The position numbers and the translations under genes are program-made. From positions 1,798,001 through 1,862,000 of the forward strand of contig JAUFOQ010000004.1 of the NCBI GenBank assembly GCA_040285855.1: a DNA stretch of 64,000 bases, written 5' to 3'. Numbering within the stretch: position 1 is the stretch's first letter; every line of letters starts with the position of its first letter. Shown here in pieces: positions 1 through 9,358 of this stretch. The stretch is from Eukaryota sp. GEM-RC1. Its lineage: Eukaryota. A model generated the notes under the pieces. That model made no database searches. It was not told the origin of the DNA and worked only from the letters and a program-made list of their open reading frames with translations.

Positions 1-2208
1 GCACTCAGCAGGGTCTTTGGAGCTACCCAATCTTATTTCTTTAATTGCATCAATGGCTGTTGTAGTTGATGAGTATTGACTCTTGTTAATCAATAAACGC
101 CAGATGTTTTGTTCAAGTACCTGACTACTGTTGTTATTACCAATCAGATCTAACATTTTCCAATCATTCAAAGTCGTTTGATCTATGAAATGACTAATGC
201 CAGCTGGATCAATCTCACACAATGCTGTCCTAGCAAGGTCGAATTTGTTCAAAGGAGTACCAATCCAGAGGTCATAATCGAAACGTTCAGTTTGTTTTCT
301 GACATGAATGGCCCAATGAAAGAAGTCATGAATAAACTTCACAACCTCATAACGAGTGTCGTTTTTCAAGAACGGCTCTCTGTCTTTTTTCTTCTTGATC
401 TTCTTGGGAGGAGTCACACCAGATGAGAGAATAACAGAATCATGAAGGACATTGTCAGGACGTTCATCTTCAGAGGATTGACTAAGATCGATGTGATTTT
501 CAATCGATGGAGACAAATCAGGAAACTTGTTTGATTGTCTATCTCTTTCTGCTTTGGTTTTGTTGGCTTTAGCAATCAACTCGTTTCTATGTCGAATTTT
601 CGGTTCTTCGAGTTCTTTTTTCGACATGACTGTTGATTCTTGGTTCAAATCACGAGTGAAGTTCTCGGTCACACGGTAAACGTTTTCATGTTCTTCACTG
701 GCAACAAACCGATCAACGTCTCCAAATTCTCCATCAAACTTTCTAGTTGAGAGAATATCACGTGAACCATCAGTGAAGCGGTCAACAGATTCTGGACGGA
801 AAGGTTCACCAGGAACGTGAGCAGAAAGGCGAGCAGTTTGACGTAGCTCTTCAGGCTTGGGAAGAAGTGTACCAACTTCTCGTAAAGCACCATGAGCAAC
901 AGGAAGGACCTTTTGAGATCCGCCAATGCCACTAAACTGTTGGACAACCACAGAACCTTCATCAGGAACAGCTAAGGTCGTGTTTGATGCTTCAAAGGTT
1001 GACTGTGGAAGGTTTTCATATCTATGACCAACGGGAAGGTGTCTAGAACTAACAGCAACGTTGTGATACGTCTTGACTTGATTGCTCAAGCTTTGACAAT
1101 ACCACGCTGAGTAAGCATACGTAACGTATCTACCATCGGCATCGAAACTAGGTTCCAATGGTTCAATCAAGATACCATGACGAGGATCCCATGAGTAATC
1201 CGAGGGATAACGATACGTATCCCCAGCATCTCCATCATACAAATCACCCAGAAAGCGTTCAATAACTTGAGGGGAAATACCTGGAGGAACGTTCCTCAAC
1301 AGATAGTGCCGTCTTTTAGGCATACGGTTGCGGATGACAGGATGCCAAGGAGCGAACTTCGCCAAGTGCCACATGTCGTAATCAGAGATACCAACGCTGT
1401 TGTCTTGTGGACTTACCCAGGGTATGAGTCTATTTGGGATAGCATCCTTATGGAAGTGCTGTTCCTCAATAGACCCAACTAGCTCTTCGACTTTGTTGCC
1501 TCGATCTTCTGGAGAGAGACTCATCTTACGAGCTAGAAGTTCCTTTTCAACAAGAAGCTTCTGTTCTGCTTCGAGTCTTCTAGACTGCTCTTTGGCGAGA
1601 GATTCCTGTAACTTGCGAATCTCTTCAACCACTTCAGTTGACCTCTTTTGAGGAACTGGAACAACATCGGGAATGCTTTCTTTATTAAAACTATTTCTAC
1701 GAGGAAGAATAGGGAGAGGAGACGCTGTTACAACAACATCATGACTCTCGGAATGCGGAGTACTGCTACTGTCAGCATCGCTTACTCTATACTTCTCTAA
1801 CAAGCTTGGGATACGGTCTGAAATTACAGAGGGAGTATCCAAACCCACTTCGCCATCCTTGCGGGAAGACGAAGTCCTTCCATCCTCAGATGGGCATCCA
1901 CCTTCAGGTTGAACATCTACAACTCTACGAGAAGTAGATTCACCACCCTCAGGTGAGATTTCCGTCACCTCCTTGTGGGAAGTGGGGCTTCTATCCTCAG
2001 ATAGGCATCCGTCCTCAGACAGGCATCCATCCTCAGATGGGTCACTTTCAAATTCCGACGAGTCAACTGACTCTTCTGTCTCAGGAACCAATGGCTCCAT
2101 TCGACGGGAAGACACTTTGGAGCTAGACTTAGATCTAGTCAAAGGTTTGTTTCTACGATTAGTTTTGTTTCCCGCTTTTGGGGGGTTAGTAGTCCTTTTC
2201 TTCACCAT
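1..2208 (-). CDS. Long ORF (>=736 codons, runs off the window edge); putative Gag-like ORF of an LTR retrotransposon
   Basis: Manual translation from ATG at 2208 (MVKKRTTNPPKAGNK...) stays open to position 1. It is missing from the ORF track because no stop lies inside the window. Basic N-terminus, acidic Ser-rich region with SEDG repeats, coiled-coil-like segment. Starts 16 nt downstream of the LTR-like repeat at 2225-2315. No Gag or Pol motif recognised, so the Gag call is positional. Confidence 0.65.
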   Translation of the reverse strand, partial: MVKKRTTNPPKAGNKTNRRNKPLTRSKSSSKVSSRRMEPLVPETEESVDSSEFESDPSEDGCLSEDGCLSEDRSPTSHKEVTEISPEGGESTSRRVVDVQPEGGCPSEDGRTSSSRKDGEVGLDTPSVISDRIPSLLEKYRVSDADSSSTPHSESHDVVVTASPLPILPRRNSFNKESIPDVVPVPQKRSTEVVEEIRKLQESLAKEQSRRLEAEQKLLVEKELLARKMSLSPEDRGNKVEELVGSIEEQHFHKDAIPNRLIPWVSPQDNSVGISDYDMWHLAKFAPWHPVIRNRMPKRRHYLLRNVPPGISPQVIERFLGDLYDGDAGDTYRYPSDYSWDPRHGILIEPLEPSFDADGRYVTYAYSAWYCQSLSNQVKTYHNVAVSSRHLPVGHRYENLPQSTFEASNTTLAVPDEGSVVVQQFSGIGGSQKVLPVAHGALREVGTLLPKPEELRQTARLSAHVPGEPFRPESVDRFTDGSRDILSTRKFDGEFGDVDRFVASEEHENVYRVTENFTRDLNQESTVMSKKELEEPKIRHRNELIAKANKTKAERDRQSNKFPDLSPSIENHIDLSQSSEDERPDNVLHDSVILSSGVTPPKKIKKKKDREPFLKNDTRYEVVKFIHDFFHWAIHVRKQTERFDYDLWIGTPLNKFDLARTALCEIDPAGISHFIDQTTLNDWKMLDLIGNNNSSQVLEQNIWRLLINKSQYSSTTTAIDAIKEIRLGSSKDPAEC

Positions 2209-2224
2209 CTTGGACAATAATTAT

Positions 2225-2315
2225 TGATACCGTTTGGCTACAAAGGGTAGGGAAAAGATGTTTATAAATAAAATAATATGATCTTGTAACACTTCACTAA
2301 CACCTGTGGCTAACA
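2225..2315 (-). mobile_element. 91-bp LTR-like repeat (putative 5' LTR)
   Basis: Minus strand reads TGTTAGCCACAGGTGTTAGTGAAGTGTTAC...TTTATAAACATC...GGTATCA (TG...CA ends). Homologous to TSD-flanked copies at 20478-20575 and 26669-26759. This copy has no TSD (TCAC / ATAA), as expected for one end of a full element. Confidence 0.75.
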
Positions 2316-2760
2316 GTGACCATCTGAGAAACGAAGCAAATAAAAAGTCACAGTCCGTCTTTCTTCACCAGGCTTTGGTCTTTTTGAAGAAGATCACTGG
2401 TTCTAGCAAGATATCATTCAATTCTGTCACATGCAAAACGAAAAGAAGTTTCAGAATTGTGAGTCTTGATCTCTGAGGGTCAGAAAAGAGTTATCAAATA
2501 TCCATTTCTGTCATTCATTGACAGCAGTCTCAAAAGCAATGATGCGTTCAGACGTACAATGTGGTTCAAAGAAGAGAAGGTACACGTAAAACTCTTGGAC
2601 TTTATGACAAACAAAAAAGAATGAAATTAAGGGACATGCGTAATAATTCTCTAAATTTAATTCTGTATCATAAGATGATTAACCGAACTCTTGTAATGTA
2701 CTTAACATTGTATATGACAGTAATAAACAGATGGTAATGTAAAATCTAAATAATTACATG

Positions 2761-3246
2761 TCACAACAATCACATCACAAAATCATAAATTTTTTACTTT
2801 GTGATATTGGACATCACAACAATTACGTCACAAAAATTTGTGATTCGCAAACCTGTTTCTTTTTCAAAATAAGTGCATTGGTGTTCACTATCTTAGACTC
2901 CATAGAAGAACATTGCTTGCTTACATCCGCAAACTGCCTTGACGAACTTCCTTTGGGACACGACTGGAGATGCACGAAATCTGGTAGGCTTTTTGGAAAG
3001 TCAACAAAGTGAAGCACTTTTATTTTATTACTCAAAGATCGCATTTGGAGTATTATTGGACCTTACTTACTACTAAAAGCTCCAAAGGTCTTCCACATCG
3101 TCGTGAAATTAAGCATAAGAACAAGACGTTTTCTTCAGTTTTTACATTTCGTTAACTTTCCAGAATAGTTTTTGTTCAATCATTGTGATATTGTGATGTT
3201 GAACACAAATATCACAAAAATATTACTCGTGATGTGATTGTTGTGA
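2761..3246. mobile_element. Degenerate MITE-like element with 18-bp inverted repeats
   Basis: TCACAACAATCACATCAC (2761-2778) is the exact reverse complement of 3229-3246. Clustered TCACA/TGTGA subterminal motifs resemble the element at 52040-52930. No TSD found. Confidence 0.55.
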
Positions 3247-3617
3247 TGAAGATTGTATCAGAAGAGGTTCACACTTTACAACCATAGTTATAGAATATTT
3301 CATAAGTGGCATACGATATTTTGTTGCACAGATCGACATTGTAAGAAATTCCTGCAACTAAAAACTCGTCGAAAAGTATCAGTTATCACAAACACAAATG
3401 GAATTATTAAGCAAACCACTAAGATATACGCCCTATCGAAGGGTCATATTTTACTTCAGCAATTACACAGGGTTCTTTGATGTGTTATTCGAGAGATCCA
3501 TAGAACAACAGAGAAATATAATCACTTCCGTTTGTGGGTGGAGTTGTTTGAATTTACAAATGTGTTTACAAATGTGTTGACTGAGCCTGGTCATTAGGAT
3601 ATTGACAGAAAATGTTA

Positions 3618-5359
3618 CCGTATTTGTAAAAATGTTGGGCTGAAGAAAGTTGGGAGATAATAAACTTGGGACAGAATAGAGTTGGGACTTTTCTAAATAT
3701 ATCCCATATATCCCAACTTTTTCCCAAAGAAGAAAAGTTGTGGTGTTTCAAAATGTGTTGTTATTAGTGTGGAAGATTGTGTTGTATGTGTACTACTAGT
3801 CCAAGTAGTAGGTTGTATTGTGAATTTCATTCTGATTGCCATGCTCAAGAATCTCTTACCTTGACTTTTCATACACTACATTGACACATCTTCTTCCTCG
3901 TTCCTTAAACGAAGATTATGATACCCTTGACGAATCGTAGATGGCATTTCTACTCCTGTTGAGTCAATTGATGACGGTTCCAGTATATTAAATCAGATGT
4001 TTGAGGAACCCAGTGAATCCTACCCTATCAAAGTGTCCTTCTTTAACATGTACCACTCATATCAATAGCTACTAGATCACTTGTATGTATCACATTTCGG
4101 ACCATGTGCTGATACTTCTTGAAACGTATATCCATGTCGGACAAGGGTTCGAGTATCGTAGATATGGACACACTTTTAAGAACGGAAGACAGAACTGTTT
4201 GTGGAAAGTGCAAACCTCTAATCATTGAACTGAAGAAAGATGTATCTAAATAATATGTTCCCACATTCAACAACACATTCAGATGTAGTTGACCAGACAC
4301 CTGACTCAGGAAGAGCAATACATTGCAGGGGTAGAGATGCGCCGAATTTTAGAAGCCTCTGAGCAATATCATCCGGGATTAGTGCTCATGATGGATGAGA
4401 CTATGGCACCATGGGTCCCATGTAAGAACAGAACGTATGCCCCTGTCGGATCCAAGCAAATTAAGATTTTAGGAAGTGGCGACAAGAGAAGTAACACCGT
4501 AACGTTGACTGTCTCAAAGGATGGAGTATTGCTGCCAATTCAAACCATTTGGGAAGGCTTGACAACTGCTAGCTTGCCGAAGTACGACTTTCCAGAAGAG
4601 TTCTTGACTTGTTTTACTGAAGAAGTCTTTGTCGATGATCCTGGAAGAAGAAGAAAGAAACGAGGTAGTAAGTGGCAAAGTCCTCAAACGATGAAAGAAT
4701 ACTTAAGATACCTCATCTTGCCCTATTTGACTGTAAGAAGAGAAATGATTGTTCAAAATTCGGAAACCGAGCAATATGAAAGAGGTGATCAAGCTTTACT
4801 CATAATGGATCACCATTATTCCCATTATACCGATGATGTTGTCAGCCTTTGTCACGAACTTGGTATTGACGTAGCATTGATTCCAAAGAGAGCTACTGAT
4901 TTGTTTTCTGTTCTTGATGTATCCATCAACCATCCATTTAAAGAGAAGATGCGAGAACACTTTGCCAACTACTGTACTGAACTTATTGAAGAGCAAATTC
5001 GAAACGGTGTTGCTGAACAAAATGTGCAATTGGATACGAAAACCAAGCTCATGAAACCCAAAGCAGCTCAATGGATGACTCTTGCTTACTTTGACCTCAA
5101 AGCCAAGGAAAAGGAGTTAATTTGCTTTGGATGGGATAAAATTCGCAGAAATGTAGATGATTCGGTTGCTTTGGATGTTGATATTGACCTTGAAGTTGAG
5201 TAGGTCCTCATTCAACTCTTATTCGTTTAGATTTATATGTTTTAATAAAGTAAATATTTATTTGGCACTGAAAAAGTTGGGATTTAATAACATTGGGACC
5301 TTTTCAAAAAAGTCCCAACTATCCCAACATTCTTCAGCCCAACATTTTTACAAATACGG
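3618..5359 (+). mobile_element. pogo-like (IS630-Tc1-mariner superfamily) DNA transposon, probably defective
   Basis: 30-bp perfect TIRs CCGTATTTGTAAAAATGTTGGGCTGAAGAA, extending to 38 bp with one mismatch. TA on both sides (3616-3617, 5360-5361). Subterminal TTGGGA repeats and an internal DDE transposase ORF. Confidence 0.93.
4289..5203 (+). CDS. pogo-family (DDE_1-type) transposase catalytic domain, N-terminal DNA-binding region missing or disrupted
   Basis: Motifs MDET, LIMDHHYSH and VLDVSINHPFK with 35 residues between the 2nd and 3rd Asp (DD35D). First ATG at 4337. Upstream sequence inside the TIRs has stops in all three forward frames. Confidence 0.88.
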   Translation: MTRHLTQEEQYIAGVEMRRILEASEQYHPGLVLMMDETMAPWVPCKNRTYAPVGSKQIKILGSGDKRSNTVTLTVSKDGVLLPIQTIWEGLTTASLPKYDFPEEFLTCFTEEVFVDDPGRRRKKRGSKWQSPQTMKEYLRYLILPYLTVRREMIVQNSETEQYERGDQALLIMDHHYSHYTDDVVSLCHELGIDVALIPKRATDLFSVLDVSINHPFKEKMREHFANYCTELIEEQIRNGVAEQNVQLDTKTKLMKPKAAQWMTLAYFDLKAKEKELICFGWDKIRRNVDDSVALDVDIDLEVE

Positions 5360-5364
5360 TATAA

Positions 5365-5446
5365 GCAACTATGGCCGAGTGGTTATGGCGCTTGTCTAGA
5401 AAACAAGTGGGATCTTCCCGCGTGAGTTCAAATCTCACTGGTTGCG
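5365..5446 (+). tRNA. tRNA-Ser (anticodon AGA)
   Basis: Acceptor GCAACTA/TGGTTGC plus discriminator G; D-arm/A-box TGGCCGAGTGG; anticodon arm CTTGT-CTAGAAA-ACAAG; long variable arm GGGA-TCT-TCCC; T-arm GTGAG-TTCAAAT-CTCAC. 82 nt, no encoded CCA. Confidence 0.97.
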
Positions 5447-5448
5447 AC

Positions 5449-5453
5449 TTTTT
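5449..5453 (+). terminator. Pol III oligo-T terminator of tRNA-Ser
   Basis: T5 run 2 nt after the tRNA 3' end. Confidence 0.75.
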
Positions 5454-5524
5454 AAATTTCGATTTGTTTCTGTTCAATCATAATTACTCTTTTCTTTACT
5501 CCACACCTAACTTGTTTTTACCAC

Positions 5525-8500
5525 ATGGACCATGAAGTTCAATCTGTGTACTCTGTTATTGTAGCATCTCTTCAACCTGAATCCCATGCTCAAGCTGAGG
5601 AATCCATCAATGCTCTTGATAAGAATCCTGCTTTTTCTCTACTTCTTTGCAAAATCTGTGAGAATGAAACACTTCCCGTAAACCACCGTGTTGCTGCTGC
5701 TGTTCAACTGTTTAAATCCATCAGCTGTCACTATGATTCAGCCGTAAACAACTTCATTGCACCCATAATTCCAAACGATCAAAAACCATACATCCGTATC
5801 TCTCTCCTACGATCCATTGTTTCTGATAACCACATTCTACGAACCAACATTGCACGATCTCTCGCCAAAGTAGCGTCCCTCGAATATCCTGAAATCTGGG
5901 CTTCTCTTCCCTCAGTTCTAGCTGCTGGCCTGTCACCTAGTCCTCAATCAACTCCACAAGAACTTCAAGAAGCTTTCCAAACACCCTGCCTGACGTCTCA
6001 CCCTGCTGAAAAACTCCACTTCCTCTCACATGGATTTGCCATGGTCACGGCTATCATTGCTCAGGACGTCACCGAGACCAAGCTCAGTGCAGTACTCCAA
6101 CTTCTTTTGCCGGCACTCCTAAACGCCCTCAAAACACGTGTAGGATTTCCAACACCTCCCCAAACCCTTTCTGACATTGATCTTGAGTTTGTCCTCCACA
6201 TCCTCAACGCTCTTTCCAACTTACTCCTTGTAGCTACCTACTTAGTTCAAGATCCCTCAGTTCTGCCTAAAGGAAGCGTGCCAATCAAGCAAGTCGTTGG
6301 TCCATTAATCATGCCCTGGTTTGAGATCTTCCATTCTATTCTAACCCAATCATTAGTTCCCACGACTGACAACCTTCAAAGCGTCGTTAATCATTTAGAA
6401 AGTGGCTGTCTGGCACCGTTTATACAAACAGTTAAGATTCTGACAACAGTTGTACAAATGTTTACTAAGGAATTGATTGAGGGGAATGTGCTGACGTCAT
6501 TGTTATCAGCAGTAGTAAATGTCTATACGTCATGTTCATCCTTAAACGAAGCTGTTTTCATTCACCAATCAGAAGCAGTCGAGATCTCTACTCGACTAAA
6601 GGATTCGGAAGGTGAATCTCAGAACATGTTGACGTTGGTTGATGCATGTCAAAGCTTTATCTGCTCAACTCTATTTGCTTCCAAGAGCGCTAGGAAACAC
6701 ATGAAGGTGCATTTACCCTCTGCTATGGAAACAACGATTCTATTAGCCAGAATTGATAAACACTCAATGAATGAGTGGATTGGATCAATTGATCGGTATT
6801 ACGCCCAGGAAGATGAACAATCTTTTGATTTTACTCTTCGAATCTCCGCCAAAATGTTTCTGACTAAACTGGCTGAAGATATGCCTAGTATGACTTTTAA
6901 AACTTTCACAAATATTGCTGGAAAGCTGTTTAAACAGGCTCAAGATATGAGAGGTAAAACTGATGAGTTTCAATGGTTAGTCCTATTAGAAGCAGTATTC
7001 TGTGGATATTCCTGTATAGTTCCCAACCTTCCAGAGAGAAAGCCAATCAAACTGCCTTTGATTGGTCTGGATTTGTCGGTGCTCTGATTAATTCCTTTGA
7101 GCTTTCTTCTTATTCTCCAGCGGTCACTTTTCTCCAAATACGATCAATGATGTGTCTAGCCGAGAGTATACGTTATCTCCCACCCAATCTGATTCCCGAT
7201 GTAGCAAGTCGCATTTCTAACTGTGTAAATCCACAACGTCCCGCTGCTAATATCGGTCTCTCTTTAGGATCTTTAGTTAAGCTGATTGAGGCCACCATGG
7301 ATCTTGACAACTGCTCGAATAGATACAAGACCCAGGAAGAAAAGCCCTCTTTTATGGTAAGGAATGTTCTGGAACCAAAGATTCGTGAACTTTTGGAGGC
7401 AATTATTAAATTTTTGCTTTCTGTGACAGAGAGTTCTGATGGGCTGCATATTGGTGTTGATTGTTTACAACACGTTATCAGTCTCTTTTCTGATGGTCAA
7501 TCACTACGTGCTGTTTCTGATCTGATTTCAAGTGCATGTATGTCTCTATGGAAGAAGTTTCCATCTGATCCCCTTTTAATCGTTGGTATTATTGATTGTC
7601 TGTCATTGACCTGCACTGACCCAGTTGCCGGCAACTCTGTTTTACAAGTTGTTTTGCCTCAAATCGTGGCTGCACTCGCTGGTGACGTCATCAATGACGT
7701 GGCTCTTCAGACTTCTATTGACCTTCTGTCAGAATTCCTAAAACATCGCAATTCTGATTCTGAAGTCCCTCAGATTCTCATTGACCAAGTTTTCCCATCT
7801 CTATGCAAAACATTACTCCAAACTGCTGATACTCAAGCTCTACAATCAGGATCAGAATGTCTCCGTCACTTTCTACGAGTTTACCCTACTGTGTTGGGTA
7901 CAATGACGTTTACAGTCGTGATTGACGGTCAACAAGTTCAAACGACCGGAACTGATGCAATTTTACATACAATTTCTAAACTTTTACGTCCAGATTTTGT
8001 TGAAGATGCTGCTCTATTTGTTGGACCTTTAGTAATTCGATTTCTACGTACTTTTATTACGCAACTGCCCGAAGCCATGCTTGTACAGCTTTGTTCAATT
8101 GTGTTGTTTAGATATTCAAAGGCCAGAATGTTTGCTCTGCAGCAATCTTTATTGATGGTTTTGGTTCATTTGTCGTTCCTGATAAATTTTGAAATATTTA
8201 TTAAAATATTATCTCAAGTTACTGTCGAAGGTCAAAAGTCTGCCATCGAATATTTCTTCTCTGCATTTGCAGAGCATCATCCCAACTTCTATTCATCTTT
8301 TGACATCAAAGTTTCCCTCAGATTCGCCATGAATCTCTGTTTAACCTCCAGTCAAGTTCTTGATTCAATTCAGGTATTTGGGGAAAGTTTAGATTCAATG
8401 AGTACCATTACTACTCGAGCTCAACGCCGCAAGCAAAAGCACGATGAACGCAAAGTCGTCCCGTTGAAAGTTAAATTATTTAAAAATATTTTAGCTATAT

Positions 8501-8835
8501 TCTATGATTTCTTCGAGGATTCTAAAATTCCTCGTCAAGTATACGACTCCGATGATGACGTGGAAGATTTCCTTGATGGTGAGGCTAACTTCACTCAAGG
8601 ATCCTCCTTCTGTGACATGGAGGAGCTGGATTTACTTGAACAATTAGTGGGAGAAGAGACCGTTGCAGGATCTAACTTTGATGAAGCGGAGTTTGGTGAG
8701 GAACCGTTGTTTAAGTTTGAAGTAATTCCGTTAGTACAAGAGTTTGTTAAGTCTAGTGGTGTGTTCATTAGTGAAATTGCTGGTTATCTTACTGCTGAAG
8801 AAAAAAAGATTATTGATTTAATTCTTTCTTCATAG
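5525..8835 (+). CDS. IPO9: Importin-9-like karyopherin beta (one gene, one apparent frameshift near 7040)
   Basis: N-terminal IBN_N-like segment (AEESINAL...RVAAAVQL...EYPEIWASL). Importin-9-like motifs LQSGSECLRHFL, AALFVGPLV, QSLLMVLVHL and an acidic C-terminal loop. ORFs 5525-7087 and 6973-8835 join if one A is added to the run at 7039-7041. Confidence 0.85.
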
Positions 8836-9358
8836 TTTTTAGTTTTTTAGTCATACATTTATTAATTTCTTGTTTACCCTCTTGTTCTAATAGATTTTTG
8901 AAAGTGTGGTAAAGACTTTTTATAGAGACAAACACGGATCCGTCTAAGTTTGAAGCTTCTGGATTGAAGTTATCGCCTTAGCTATTATATTTGGTAAATG
9001 AACCTGATTTTCCTTCAAACTTATCTCAAATGAGAGATGCTATATGGGCCTTGGTTTCTTGTCTGTAGTGTAAACAGGCTTCAATGTTACTATCAGTTCT
9101 CTAGATTAGGACTCTCATCCTGAAAAACATATGAAAGATAGAAGAAATATCCCTTAGAAAACAGACGGCGAGGATGAATGGCAAGATCAGTGATTAACAA
9201 CTTATTACATCGATATACGACCAAGAGAGTGGAAGTGCATGCAAGCAGATGTGTAGAGCGATGCAAAACACCGCTTGAACCCACCTTGACAAAAGGGAAA
9301 GTTTCCACTGAGAACATTTATACCAATTAGACGCTTTCCAATCGCCTATCAATATTAA

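Noticed and set aside
178..2227. Short ORFs in the track at 178, 669, 1267, 1400 and 1973
   Set aside because: Antisense or off-frame shadows of the long minus-strand ORF 2208 to <1.
2225..2232. GGTATCA as a tRNA-iMet primer-binding site (TGGTATCA)
   Set aside because: It is preceded by C rather than T and lies inside the TSD-bounded solo copies, so it is the repeat terminus.
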